Source: a virus
Lineage: Duplodnaviria; Heunggongvirae; Uroviricota; Caudoviricetes
Strand: one strand, 5' to 3'
DNA length: 64,000 nt
IMG/VR virus record: IMGVR_UViG_3300031555_002005
The notes under the pieces were generated by a model. That model was not told the origin of the DNA, searched no databases, and saw only the letters and a list, made by a program, of their open reading frames with translations. Below are positions 1-8,625 of the stretch, piece by piece (the first letter of the stretch is position 1; each line of letters opens with the position of its first letter). The position numbers and the translations under genes were made by a program.

Positions 1-2
1 AT

Positions 3-197
3 ATTGAAGATTTCTTTGTTAATTTTGATGACTGTAATGGAAATGATCATGGAATTGGTTGGTGCGCCGACAATGTAAATAGCTCACAGTACAAAGTTAA
101 TATCCTTGACTTGTCTTTTGTAAATGTAGAAACCTATGATGAATATCCAGTATCAAAGGATACAATTAATAGATATAATCATGGGGTGATACAATGA
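3..197 (+). CDS. hypothetical protein, 5'-truncated by window edge
   Basis: Open frame from window start to TGA 195-197; ATGA overlap with next ORF. Confidence 0.4.
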   Translation: MEDFFVNFDDCNGNDHGIGWCADNVNSSQYKVNILDLSFVNVETYDEYPVSKDTINRYNHGVIQ

Positions 198-400
198 GTA
201 AAAAATTTGTATTTGAAATTGAAGCATATGATGGCAATACAATGATGGCTTTTGAAGTCACAGTCAACGGAGACGAGCTTGAAGTAACCAAGACAATGGA
301 TTGTAGTCATGCAGATACAGACGCAGATTATATCTTTGATACAGAAGCAGACCTATATAGAATTCAATCAGACATATTGAGAATGGAGGGGTCTAATTAA
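194..400 (+). CDS. hypothetical protein (68 aa, acidic)
   Basis: ORF track; translationally coupled to neighbours. Confidence 0.6.
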   Translation: MSKKFVFEIEAYDGNTMMAFEVTVNGDELEVTKTMDCSHADTDADYIFDTEADLYRIQSDILRMEGSN

Positions 401-561
401 TGAGAAAAATAACAGAAAAGGAATATAAGAAAATAAAGTCTTTAGAAAATGGTTTCTATAGAGGTGTTGAGAAATATTGCGAAGAACTGGAAGACACATG
501 GGATTTTGAGTATTACTTTCAAAAAATTATTGCGATTATTGATAGCGCAAGGAGGGAGTAA
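400..561 (+). CDS. hypothetical small protein (53 aa)
   Basis: ATG overlaps previous stop (TAATG); read manually, below track cutoff. Confidence 0.5.
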   Translation: MRKITEKEYKKIKSLENGFYRGVEKYCEELEDTWDFEYYFQKIIAIIDSARRE

Positions 562-563
562 GT

Positions 564-953
564 ATGGGAGCATGTTATAGTGTAAAAGTAAAAGTAAATG
601 TGCTTGATATGCCGGGAGCAATTAAGGCATTAAATGAGCATATTGTTAATGATACAAGTGCTGATTATTCTTTAGACGAGTATGCAGAACAAGGAATCAC
701 AACTGAAACATTTGATGGCTTGATGATGATTCTGTTGGCAAATCTTCAACAGGGAATTTTTGTTTACCAGGAAGGCAAGTTTACTATTTATGAAAGTGAC
801 TTTAATGCTTCTTATGGATGGGAGCGTATAATGATGGAGTGGTTTGAAGTGCTTGCGCCATTCCTTGCAAATGGTTCTCAGATGTTAATTTATCCTGATG
901 AAGATTATGATAAACTCGTAATTAGAAACGGGAAATGTGTGCAAATTCATTAG
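564..953 (+). CDS. hypothetical protein (129 aa)
   Basis: RBS AGGAGGGAG upstream; ORF track. Confidence 0.75.
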   Translation: MGACYSVKVKVNVLDMPGAIKALNEHIVNDTSADYSLDEYAEQGITTETFDGLMMILLANLQQGIFVYQEGKFTIYESDFNASYGWERIMMEWFEVLAPFLANGSQMLIYPDEDYDKLVIRNGKCVQIH

Positions 954-968
954 TTTGGAGGTATATGT

Positions 969-1178
969 ATGAAATACGTAGTTGTTGTAACAGAAAAACT
1001 TGAAAGAGGATATATTGTAGAAGCAGACAATCCAAAAGAAGCAGAAAAGAAAGTGTCGGAAGTATATAATAACCAGGAAATTACTCTTGATTATAGCGAC
1101 TATAATGGCTATGAGATTTCATGTGATAGAGAGGCAAGTGAATGTGACCTTGACCTTTATGACGATTTAGAAGATTAA
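969..1178 (+). CDS. hypothetical protein (69 aa, acidic)
   Basis: RBS GGAGG 8 nt upstream. Confidence 0.7.
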   Translation: MKYVVVVTEKLERGYIVEADNPKEAEKKVSEVYNNQEITLDYSDYNGYEISCDREASECDLDLYDDLED

Positions 1179-1195
1179 ACAATACAAAATTAACG
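1179..1195 (+). promoter_or_regulatory. ACAATACAAAATTAAT box copy (leader/gene-end type)
   Basis: acaatacaaaattaacg directly 5' of RBS GGGAGG of the RT gene. Confidence 0.6.
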
Positions 1196-1207
1196 GGAGG
1201 TGTAAAC

Positions 1208-2467
1208 ATGGATATTCTATTGAAGAAGTTCTTTGAAAAAGAACGATGGGAACAGGCACTTGAAACTGGTGTAGATAAGCACATTGACAAGGGAGAATTG
1301 AGAAAGCTTACATCTCCCGAAGTTAGACTTGCTTTGTATAGTGCAATTGTTAACGACAACTATGAGATTGCCCCGCCACATCAAGTACAGATTCCCAAAG
1401 ATAACGGAGACATGAGAATTGTATATGTCAATGAAAATGTTGACCGTATCTTCTTGTCTATTGTGAACAATCTTTTCTTTGAAATGTTCCCTGAGTTTGT
1501 GCATAAAAGCTGTAAGTCATATCAGTCTGGTATTGGCTGTGGCAAGATTGTACAGGAAGTTTCAAGAGAGATGGTTAAGGTAAACAGCAAGATTGTTGGC
1601 TTTAAGGCAGATTTAACTAAATACTTTGATACTGTTCCTATTAAGTACATAGATGAAATCTTTGACAGAATGGAAAGCAAAGTTGGTAAGTCCAAAATCA
1701 TTGATGTTGTGCGCAAGTATTATCATGCTGATTTATGCTTTGACTACAACGGAGAGCTTATTGAACATTATCAGTCTTTAAAGCAAGGTTGTGCAGTAGC
1801 AAGCTTCTTGGCTGATGCAGTGCTCTATCCAATCGATAAGGAAATCAGTGACATGGATGTTTACTATGTAAGATATTCTGATGATTTGCTTGTAGTTGGT
1901 AGGTGTTACGATGAAGCTTTTCAGATTTTAAAGGCAATGCTGAAAGAGATGGACATGACTTTGAATCCCAAGAAAGTAGAAACTGTTTGCAAAGACAGAT
2001 GGGTTAAATTCCTTGGTTTTAATATCAAAGGAAGCCAGATTACGCTTTCCAAGCAGCGTGTTAAGTCTTTCCAAAAGGAGATTGAAGCACGAACTATTAA
2101 GCAGCGCAAAACTTCTATGGAAAGAGCCATCAACCAAGTGAATAACTATCTCTATAAAGGAGATGGAACTTATTCTTGGGCGACATCTGTGTTACCTATT
2201 ATCAATGTAGAAAAAGACATTGATTCTTTGAATGAATTTGTCATGGATGCAATCAGAGCGTGTGCTACTGGTAAGAAAAAGATTGGAGGTCTGGGAAGTG
2301 TAAACAGCAAAGAAGACTATACAATTCTGCGTGGCACTGGCAAGAATGTGAGCGCAAACAGAGACAAGACTGAAAAGGAAATTGACGGTTTCCTAAGCTT
2401 AAGGTGCATGAGAAACGCTATTCTTACAAACCGAAGTGTATATGAGACTTTGGTAAGAAGTATGTAA
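1208..2467 (+). CDS. reverse transcriptase, stand-alone (class unassigned)
   Basis: 419 aa; RT motifs RIVYV, ADLTKYFDTV, LKQGCAVASF, YVRYSDDLLVV (YxDD), LNPKKVE, FLGF; no En/maturase domain seen. Confidence 0.9.
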   Translation: MDILLKKFFEKERWEQALETGVDKHIDKGELRKLTSPEVRLALYSAIVNDNYEIAPPHQVQIPKDNGDMRIVYVNENVDRIFLSIVNNLFFEMFPEFVHKSCKSYQSGIGCGKIVQEVSREMVKVNSKIVGFKADLTKYFDTVPIKYIDEIFDRMESKVGKSKIIDVVRKYYHADLCFDYNGELIEHYQSLKQGCAVASFLADAVLYPIDKEISDMDVYYVRYSDDLLVVGRCYDEAFQILKAMLKEMDMTLNPKKVETVCKDRWVKFLGFNIKGSQITLSKQRVKSFQKEIEARTIKQRKTSMERAINQVNNYLYKGDGTYSWATSVLPIINVEKDIDSLNEFVMDAIRACATGKKKIGGLGSVNSKEDYTILRGTGKNVSANRDKTEKEIDGFLSLRCMRNAILTNRSVYETLVRSM

Positions 2468-2492
2468 TCAAAGTTGTAATGCAGCAATAAAT

Positions 2493-2622
2493 TGCAAGGC
2501 AACCGAATTCAACTATCTTCCGTCCACCGGCATATCAGAGGAGATACCCAGCTCGCTGTCGCTCCGCTGGAGTATCGCCTCGATCATGCAGGCGAACAGA
2601 AGCTAATATGAAGCAAATAAAG
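2493..2622 (+). ncRNA. RT-associated structured RNA unit U1
   Basis: 5' box TGCAAGG-N7-ATTCAA, 3' box ATATGAAGCAAATAAAG; internal helices cttc/gaag, gaggagatac/gtatcgcctc, ccagc/gctgg. Confidence 0.55.
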
Positions 2623-2670
2623 AAATGCATCGTGGTTGTGAGCAATTTAATTGGCAGTGCGGCCATAGAT

Positions 2671-2793
2671 TGCAAGGTAATTAAATTCAATGACGCAGCA
2701 TACAATTCAGAAATTATGATCTTACTTGCGTGCTATCTCACGCCATAAGATCATAATCTTCTGGCCAATGCTGCATATATGAAGCTATTAAAG
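2671..2793 (+). ncRNA. RT-associated structured RNA unit U2
   Basis: Same boxes (TGCAAGG..ATTCAA / ATATGAAGCTATTAAAG); helices gcagcat/atgctgc, attatgatctta/taagatcataat, gcgtg/cacgc. Confidence 0.6.
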
Positions 2794-2843
2794 TAACGCA
2801 CCAATATTATGAGCAATCTACATTTGGAGTATACCAAAAGAAA

Positions 2844-2967
2844 TGCAAGGCAGTTAAATTCAATACCCTGCAATTGATAAGCCCTAATATGAGGCTCCTT
2901 CAGGGTATCCCCTGAAGCTGCCTCATCTGATGGCTTCCAATCTCAGGGTTACATGAAACATCTAAAG
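2844..2967 (+). ncRNA. RT-associated structured RNA unit U3
   Basis: Boxes TGCAAGG..ATTCAA / ACATGAAACATCTAAAG; helices accctg/cagggt, atgaggc/gcctcat, cttcaggg-TATC-ccctgaag. Confidence 0.6.
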
Positions 2968-3018
2968 TTATATACCGAAACTGTTGAGCATCTTATATTT
3001 TATAAAGGAGGTAAATCA

Positions 3019-3480
3019 ATGACTATCTATGAAGAGCTGATTAAGCGAGTTGAAGAGGGTGAGTCATTTTATATTAACTTTAAGAATCAGGCGCTCAAAA
3101 TTGGCAAGGAATTTATTGTTGCTGATGGTTTTTATGACGATGAACGCATTCTTTATACAACTTCTGAATTGGAAATGTCTGAGATTTTGGCATATATTGA
3201 AACGCTGTATGAAAACTACAAGTACTCTTTACCAAGCGAAAGAAGCGACAGTAGGCGCAGACAGTATTTTAAGGCACTGCCAGTGGACAAGCTTACTGAT
3301 AAGCAAATGGCAACTGGGCAAAGACGTGAGGTTGCAAGAGCGAGGCTTGAAGGTTTCATTCTTTGCATGATTGTTGATGGCTTCTTTGTATGGAACGAAG
3401 AAGAAATGGGCAAGTGGTTTTACCAGTCTAATAGAAATCCTGATTTAGTAATTCTGAGAAACTGGATTGAAAATAATTAA
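3019..3480 (+). CDS. hypothetical protein (153 aa) between RT-associated RNA arrays
   Basis: Start moved from 2953 to ATG 3019 with strong RBS AAAGGAGG; 2953 start would lie inside unit U3. Confidence 0.7.
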   Translation: MTIYEELIKRVEEGESFYINFKNQALKIGKEFIVADGFYDDERILYTTSELEMSEILAYIETLYENYKYSLPSERSDSRRRQYFKALPVDKLTDKQMATGQRREVARARLEGFILCMIVDGFFVWNEEEMGKWFYQSNRNPDLVILRNWIENN

Positions 3481-3500
3481 TAGAAAAGGAGAATGATATT

Positions 3501-4424
3501 ATGATGCACAAAGAAAGAATGGAAAAGTTAAATAAGGCAGGTATAAACACTAGTAAGTATTTCACTGTTGATCTCGACAATGGAACTAAGATTCACCTTA
3601 TCATTGACGAGAATGGACAGCCTGTGGTTGTTAACAACAAGAACGATGAAATTGCTGAGCAGATTATTGCTGATGGCTATGTAAGAAACACCAAGCTTCA
3701 TAGAAGATTCGTTATGGCTCAGATGTTCCATATGCTTAACTATGTATCCTATGATGGAAAAGAGTCTGGCTATAATGCATACCTGAAGAATTACTATGGC
3801 TATCACTATACTCTCACCATGATGCTTGAAGAGGTTAGAGTGCTTGCTAAGCTGGAGGGTAGAGACAAGGAAAGTTTTGATGAGAGAAGCCACTTCTTTA
3901 CCAAGAGGGTTGTCATTGCTGTGCTTGAGGACTATGTGGAAAAGTTGAAGAAATATGTGGACAACCTGCCTGACCGCAAGTGCAAGGGTGTTCCTTATAA
4001 GAGAATTAAGGGTCAGGATATCTTTAATGCAGACCTTGACAAGAAGCTGTATGTTCCTTTGAGAAATAAGCTCAACTATGTTCGCTTTGCATCCAATTAT
4101 ACTGAAATCTATAATGCAATGCAGAAGTTTATGAATGATATGATTAAGCTTCCTTATGACACTCCTAAGAGTAAGATTTGGATTGATGCTTACAAGGGAG
4201 AAGGTGCTTACTATACTCTTAAGAATCTGATTATGTTCCATGAATGCAAGATTCTTGCTCGCTATGTGTTTTATACTACTAGTGAAAGTATGGACATTCT
4301 TAAGCAGAAACTTGATGAATACAAGGGAGAAGGCTGGAGAATGTTTGCTCTCATGAAGAAGGTAATTGAGGATAACAATTTTAACTTCAATGACAGAATG
4401 AAAGAAATATATTCTGACAAGTAA
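3501..4424 (+). CDS. hypothetical protein (307 aa) between RT-associated RNA arrays
   Basis: RBS AAAGGAG upstream; long uninterrupted ORF; no motif recognised. Confidence 0.8.
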   Translation: MMHKERMEKLNKAGINTSKYFTVDLDNGTKIHLIIDENGQPVVVNNKNDEIAEQIIADGYVRNTKLHRRFVMAQMFHMLNYVSYDGKESGYNAYLKNYYGYHYTLTMMLEEVRVLAKLEGRDKESFDERSHFFTKRVVIAVLEDYVEKLKKYVDNLPDRKCKGVPYKRIKGQDIFNADLDKKLYVPLRNKLNYVRFASNYTEIYNAMQKFMNDMIKLPYDTPKSKIWIDAYKGEGAYYTLKNLIMFHECKILARYVFYTTSESMDILKQKLDEYKGEGWRMFALMKKVIEDNNFNFNDRMKEIYSDK

Positions 4425-4453
4425 ACAACTGTCAGCAGATAGATACTGTTTAA

Positions 4454-4579
4454 TGCACAAGGTATTTGTACTTCAATTTACCGTCTATTGATAACATCTT
4501 ACCAGCCAATTGGCGGCATATCTGCCGCCAGTTTCGCTGGTAATATGTCACATATACGGTATATATGAAACAGTTAAAG
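4454..4579 (+). ncRNA. RT-associated structured RNA unit U4
   Basis: Boxes TGCACAAGG..CTTCAA / ATATGAAACAGTTAAAG; helices taccgt/acggta, ttaccagc/gctggtaa, ggcggca-TATC-tgccgcc. Confidence 0.6.
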
Positions 4580-4624
4580 TAATATCTACAGAAATACAGA
4601 GTGCATTTGGTATAAGCGCCAATA

Positions 4625-4749
4625 TACACAAGGGAATTGGTTCAATATAACCTGCGTAGACACCTGGTTACAGGATCCTTTATTCTGGATATCTCCCGAA
4701 ACAGGATCCTTTACCAGGTTAACGCAGGTTAAATATGAGACAGTTAAAG
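4625..4749 (+). ncRNA. RT-associated structured RNA unit U5
   Basis: Boxes TACACAAGG..TTCAA / ATATGAGACAGTTAAAG; helices aacctgcgt/acgcaggtt, acctggt/accaggt, apical gga-TATC-tcc. Confidence 0.6.
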
Positions 4750-4803
4750 GGAGCTTGCGCAATTCATGAGTGTATATAATTTTATAAAAATGGAGGTTAA
4801 AAT

Positions 4804-5073
4804 ATGAGCAAAATGGCTTTTATTGAAAAACCAGAAGTTCCTAATTACATAATGAAAGATTTACGCCAGCGCAGAGAACTTGATGAAAATGACACATCTC
4901 AAGATGAAGAGATACTTGGGCTCAGTGGATTTGAGTTCTTTGATGAGTGGTTAAAGTGGAATGGGTTCCTTGGTTACACAAGAGATTTCATTGATGTAAT
5001 CTATTTTGCTTATGGAATTGATTTGACTGAATATCCGTTTTATGAAGAGATTGAAAGAAGCTTGATGGAATAA
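4804..5073 (+). CDS. hypothetical protein (89 aa)
   Basis: RBS GGAGG upstream. Confidence 0.75.
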   Translation: MSKMAFIEKPEVPNYIMKDLRQRRELDENDTSQDEEILGLSGFEFFDEWLKWNGFLGYTRDFIDVIYFAYGIDLTEYPFYEEIERSLME

Positions 5074-5098
5074 AATATAAGATTTGGAGGTAATACAT

Positions 5099-5776
5099 AT
5101 GAAACAAGAAAAAGACTTTACAATGAGCAGACAGGAATACATAGATTTTCTTGCAAACAAAAGCAATGAAATCAATATGGGAAATAAGAACAGCAAGACT
5201 GGCGCAGCTTGTTTGAATCTTGCATTTCCTGTGGCTGTATGTCGTGAAGATGCACCTTGTAAGGCAACTTGCTATGCATGTAAAGGATGTCAGACTATGG
5301 CAAATGTGCAGGCAGCTTACTACAGAAATCTGAGACTGTATCATGATGATCCTGATAATTTCTTTGAACAGGTTTACTGCAAGGTAAAGTTCTCTGGACT
5401 ACCCAAAGTGAGACTGTTTGATAGTGGCGATTTTCCTGATGCAGACTTCTTGGTAAGGCTTGTGGATCTGTGTAAGAAAACTCCTGACACTAAGTATATG
5501 GCATTTACTAAGAAGTATGAGATTGTTAATGATTACATTGACAAGAATGGAGAGCTGCCTGAAAACCTTAACATTATATTCTCTGCATGGGACAAGCTTT
5601 GGGAAGTACCTAATCCTCATGGACTTGGTATGGCCTATGTGGATTTTAATGATAAGAGGTTGAATGCTGAATGGCCTAAAAACGCATTTATATGCCCCGG
5701 CAGAGCATCTACTTGTTCCGCTTGTGGCGCTTGCTGGTCTAAGAGACTTAAGGCAGTTGTGTTTCATCAGCACTAA
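5099..5776 (+). CDS. Cys-rich protein, possible Fe-S/radical-SAM-like (CX3CX2C)
   Basis: Start moved to ATG 5099 (RBS GGAGG); motif C-KAT-C-YA-C plus C-terminal CPGRASTCSACGAC. Confidence 0.7.
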   Translation: MKQEKDFTMSRQEYIDFLANKSNEINMGNKNSKTGAACLNLAFPVAVCREDAPCKATCYACKGCQTMANVQAAYYRNLRLYHDDPDNFFEQVYCKVKFSGLPKVRLFDSGDFPDADFLVRLVDLCKKTPDTKYMAFTKKYEIVNDYIDKNGELPENLNIIFSAWDKLWEVPNPHGLGMAYVDFNDKRLNAEWPKNAFICPGRASTCSACGACWSKRLKAVVFHQH

Positions 5777-5792
5777 CAATACAAAATTAATG
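5776..5792 (+). promoter_or_regulatory. ACAATACAAAATTAAT box copy
   Basis: acaatacaaaattaatg immediately after stop of 5099..5776. Confidence 0.6.
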
Positions 5793-5857
5793 TAAATGTT
5801 TAAGTAGACCGTATCATTTCTTTTATAGTATAATATGAAGGAAATGAGGTGTATGTA

Positions 5858-6043
5858 ATGGGAAATAAAATCATTGAACTAACAAAAGTTAATGATGACC
5901 ATACTTGTCTTATTTGTTGCAAAAATGACGCAACAATTAAAATGAAAATCAATCGACTGGTGCTTGACGATAGTGTTACAAGTTTTTCAATTTGTGATGA
6001 TTGTCTTGCAAAGATGCAAAAGGATATTGAGACCTGCGAGTAA
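5858..6043 (+). CDS. zinc-ribbon small protein
   Basis: CxxC..CxxC pattern; in-frame ATG 5858 after RBS-like GAGGTG. Confidence 0.6.
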   Translation: MGNKIIELTKVNDDHTCLICCKNDATIKMKINRLVLDDSVTSFSICDDCLAKMQKDIETCE

Positions 6044-6065
6044 GTGGGTCTCTTATTTTGTGATT

Positions 6066-6082
6066 ACAATACAAAATTAATG
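6066..6082 (+). promoter_or_regulatory. ACAATACAAAATTAAT box copy
   Basis: acaatacaaaattaatg upstream of RBS of 6109 ORF. Confidence 0.6.
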
Positions 6083-6108
6083 AAATGACGATTTGGTGAG
6101 GTAATAAA

Positions 6109-6309
6109 ATGGAATATAGATATGTGACTTGTCCTAATTGTGGTTTGAGTGATGGTAATGATGATAAGATTTTGTCTAGCAAAGTTATCGACAAATCATA
6201 CAATGGTGGGGAACTCGTGATTCTTGAAGAAAGAAAGTGTGATATCTGCCAAAAGATATACAGAGTGGAGATGCACTATACGCTCAAATACGAAGAGTTG
6301 AGAGTATAA
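6109..6309 (+). CDS. zinc-ribbon small protein
   Basis: CPNC..CDIC; RBS GGTGAGG. Confidence 0.7.
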   Translation: MEYRYVTCPNCGLSDGNDDKILSSKVIDKSYNGGELVILEERKCDICQKIYRVEMHYTLKYEELRV

Positions 6310-6340
6310 AAGAGTGAGTGATTTTAAGTGAGGCAAATAT

Positions 6341-6946
6341 ATGATTATTGAACAGAAACGTTATGAAATTGCAGATGTCTTTGGCCTTTTAGGAGAAGAA
6401 TATCTTTGTAGAAATAATGATGGCGGTCAGTCTGGAAGTGATATTGTTGTAGATGGATTTAATGTACATCCAATTTCTCTTCGATATATGACATTCTATC
6501 AGAAAGGTACAAAGTGTGTTTGTTGTGGAAAAGAAGGAACCCACTTCAAGCTTTGTGGCGATGAAAATACAAATCGAAGACATTTTAATCTGTATGCAGA
6601 AGATGGAACTCTAATGACAAAAGATCATATTTTGCCTAAGAGTAAGGGTGGTCTTAATAGAGTATCTAATATGCAAACAATGTGTACAGACTGTAATAGC
6701 GCAAAAGGCTCTCACTGCCCTGGCTATGAAAAAGAATATATTGTTGGCCGAAATGCAGAGGGAAAAGAAATTGCATTTTCCTCAATTGAAAAGGCAGTTT
6801 ATCACTTGGTAAACAATCATATGAAGAAAAAGAATACCAAAGAGGATTGGGCAAGAAAAGCTATTAATATTACTTTGCAATTACTCAATGTAATTGAAAC
6901 AGGAGAGTGTTATCAAAATAGAATTTGGACAAAGGAAATGAGATAA
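6341..6946 (+). CDS. HNH homing endonuclease
   Basis: KDHILPKSKGG ... CTDCNSAKG (HNH core). Confidence 0.85.
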   Translation: MIIEQKRYEIADVFGLLGEEYLCRNNDGGQSGSDIVVDGFNVHPISLRYMTFYQKGTKCVCCGKEGTHFKLCGDENTNRRHFNLYAEDGTLMTKDHILPKSKGGLNRVSNMQTMCTDCNSAKGSHCPGYEKEYIVGRNAEGKEIAFSSIEKAVYHLVNNHMKKKNTKEDWARKAINITLQLLNVIETGECYQNRIWTKEMR

Positions 6947-6966
6947 ATATAAATGGAGGGATATTA

Positions 6967-7266
6967 ATGAGTAAAATTTCTCTTGAAAATGAATTTAACA
7001 TAAAGGAACTAAATCGTCTAAAGGAATTGGGATATCCAGAGTGTTGTACAACCCCATTAACTGCTGATGAAATTAAAAATTTAAAAATTGGCGCAGTTTG
7101 TTATGTCGCCACGCTGCAGTCCACATTCAAGCTCATGATGTTTACTGGCTATCTACAGAATGTAGATGAATTTAGTTTTTGCTGCTATCAGGGTACATAT
7201 TGGTATAAGGCAAGAAATGTTGCAAAAACATATAATGTATTTAATGCAAATATGAAGGAGGATTAA
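6967..7266 (+). CDS. hypothetical protein (99 aa)
   Basis: Start moved to ATG 6967 after RBS GGAGGG. Confidence 0.7.
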   Translation: MSKISLENEFNIKELNRLKELGYPECCTTPLTADEIKNLKIGAVCYVATLQSTFKLMMFTGYLQNVDEFSFCCYQGTYWYKARNVAKTYNVFNANMKED

Positions 7267-7268
7267 CT

Positions 7269-7502
7269 ATGAAAGCTTTTACTATTAATGAAATGGAAAA
7301 TATTTTCGAGATTGGTCGTGCTATGCAGTGCGCAGCCGATGAAGGAGAAATTGAAATTGAAGATAGCAAGAATGCATTTCTTTTTGCAGCAAAACTTGCA
7401 ATGGAGTTTGAAGAAAAATATCCTGATTCTGAGGATTATTACTATGATCTGGATGAGTTCATTACAGAGAAAATTGTAAAGGAATTCAACAAAGGCAATT
7501 AA
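7269..7502 (+). CDS. hypothetical protein (77 aa, acidic)
   Basis: RBS AAGGAGG. Confidence 0.8.
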   Translation: MKAFTINEMENIFEIGRAMQCAADEGEIEIEDSKNAFLFAAKLAMEFEEKYPDSEDYYYDLDEFITEKIVKEFNKGN

Positions 7503-7513
7503 ATAATAAATAG

Positions 7514-7539
7514 GGCCAGGGGTTTCCCTGGCCTTTTTT
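7514..7539 (+). terminator. rho-independent terminator
   Basis: ggccaggg-gttt-ccctggcc followed by TTTTTT. Confidence 0.85.
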
Positions 7540-7563
7540 GTATTTAGAAAGGAGATTTAAATT

Positions 7564-8085
7564 ATGAGCACAAACTATGGATGGAAATTATTTGAGCAAG
7601 ATCCTGATGGTAACTTATATCCTTTGTTTCTGGACAAGAATACTGTATACCCCATTGATGAGTGGATTAATGCAGAAATTCACTATGGTGCAAAGTTCGC
7701 ACCGAGACCCGGTATTCATTGTGGAATCATTCCTGCGGCTCCTTGGCTCATGTCTGTTGATGCTCTTGGCAATGGATTTTATAAGGGAAGGCGCAAGGGC
7801 TGGAAGCGTGTTTGGGCATACATTGAATATAACTGCACTATCAATTATAACGATGAGGTGTCCAAGCTAAAGAAAAAGTGTTTTGAAGACAGAATTCCTG
7901 AGAATGGTTGGTATTACTTCAAGGAATATGGTAAGGCAACTTGGATTATTACTGATAAAATTAAGATCTTGAGAACTATTACCGAAGAAGAAAGACAGAA
8001 GATTCTTGGTAATGTTGGTTATGACGAAGCCAAGGAATTTATTCCATATAAAAATGCAATTCTGAAACGCAAAAAGATTGCATAA
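7564..8085 (+). CDS. hypothetical protein (173 aa)
   Basis: RBS AAAGGAG. Confidence 0.8.
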   Translation: MSTNYGWKLFEQDPDGNLYPLFLDKNTVYPIDEWINAEIHYGAKFAPRPGIHCGIIPAAPWLMSVDALGNGFYKGRRKGWKRVWAYIEYNCTINYNDEVSKLKKKCFEDRIPENGWYYFKEYGKATWIITDKIKILRTITEEERQKILGNVGYDEAKEFIPYKNAILKRKKIA

Positions 8086-8115
8086 AATTGAACAAATATT
8101 CGAAATTAATTATAC

Positions 8116-8144
8116 TTGACAATCCAAAATTAATGTAGTATAAT
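8116..8144 (+). promoter_or_regulatory. sigma70-type promoter with box in spacer
   Basis: TTGACA-aatccaaaattaatgta(17)-TATAAT. Confidence 0.75.
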
Positions 8145-8164
8145 GCAGAAAGGAAAAATTAAAA

Positions 8165-8410
8165 ATGAAACAGTGCTTATTTAATACTTGTTCTGACAAT
8201 TGCTGTGCATATTGTAAGTTGCATCATTGTTCTATGACAGTAAAGCAGATGAAGGCAAAGAACTGTCTTCAGAAACAGTGCTGGCATTTGGCAAAGAATG
8301 AAGAACATCCGTATTGGCGACAGAGAGACAATACAAAACAGAAGAGAAAGAATAGAAAGCAAGCTATTAATGATTATGTAAATTCTGTAAGTGGAGGTAT
8401 TTCTGTATGA
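8165..8410 (+). CDS. Cys-rich small basic protein
   Basis: ORF track; multiple Cys; downstream of promoter 8116. Confidence 0.65.
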   Translation: MKQCLFNTCSDNCCAYCKLHHCSMTVKQMKAKNCLQKQCWHLAKNEEHPYWRQRDNTKQKRKNRKQAINDYVNSVSGGISV

Positions 8411-8625
8411 ACAAGGCAAGACGTAAGGCAATTCAGGATGCAGTAAGAAAAATTGAAGATCTTGTGCAAAATATTTTAGACGATGAACAGGAAGCATACG
8501 ACAACATGCCCGAAAGTTTGCAAGAATCTGAAAACGGATTGAATTCAGCAGAAGCGCAGGAAAATCTTGAAGCAGCTATTGACGCACTTGAAGAGGCAAT
8601 TTCTTATCTGGAGGATATTTGCTAA
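8407..8625 (+). CDS. hypothetical acidic protein (72 aa)
   Basis: ATGA overlap with previous ORF. Confidence 0.65.
   Translation: MNKARRKAIQDAVRKIEDLVQNILDDEQEAYDNMPESLQESENGLNSAEAQENLEAAIDALEEAISYLEDIC

Noticed and set aside
1584-2310. ACAGCAA heptamers inside the RT coding sequence (1584, 2304) and at 21518
   Set aside because: A 7-mer is expected several times by chance in 64 kb. These copies lack the extended TTTA tail and the flanking two-helix context, so they are not counted as module copies.
1208-2967. Group II intron or DGR explanation for the reverse transcriptase
   Set aside because: The protein has no maturase/X or endonuclease domain, and I could not recognise flanking ribozyme domains (such as a domain V hairpin). 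No Avd-like gene is visible. The five units differ by helix-preserving changes rather than adenine-specific TR/VR substitutions. A classic single msr-msd retron is not excluded, but the five-fold multiplicity is atypical.
3528-4460. 310-aa minus-strand ORF
   Set aside because: It is an exact antisense shadow of the well-supported + strand gene 3501..4424. It has no RBS and a low-complexity Ile/Leu/Ser/Val-rich translation. Every supported gene in the window is on the + strand. The same reasoning applies to minus-strand ORFs 37113..37553, 40037..40615, 40826..41392, 42346..42834 and the other short antisense frames in the track.
2493-4749. CRISPR-array interpretation of the repeated units (also for 28276..29313)
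   Set aside because: The conserved parts are the flanks of ~85-95-nt variable hairpins, not short identical direct repeats separating unique spacers. The period is about 175 nt, and no cas genes are present.
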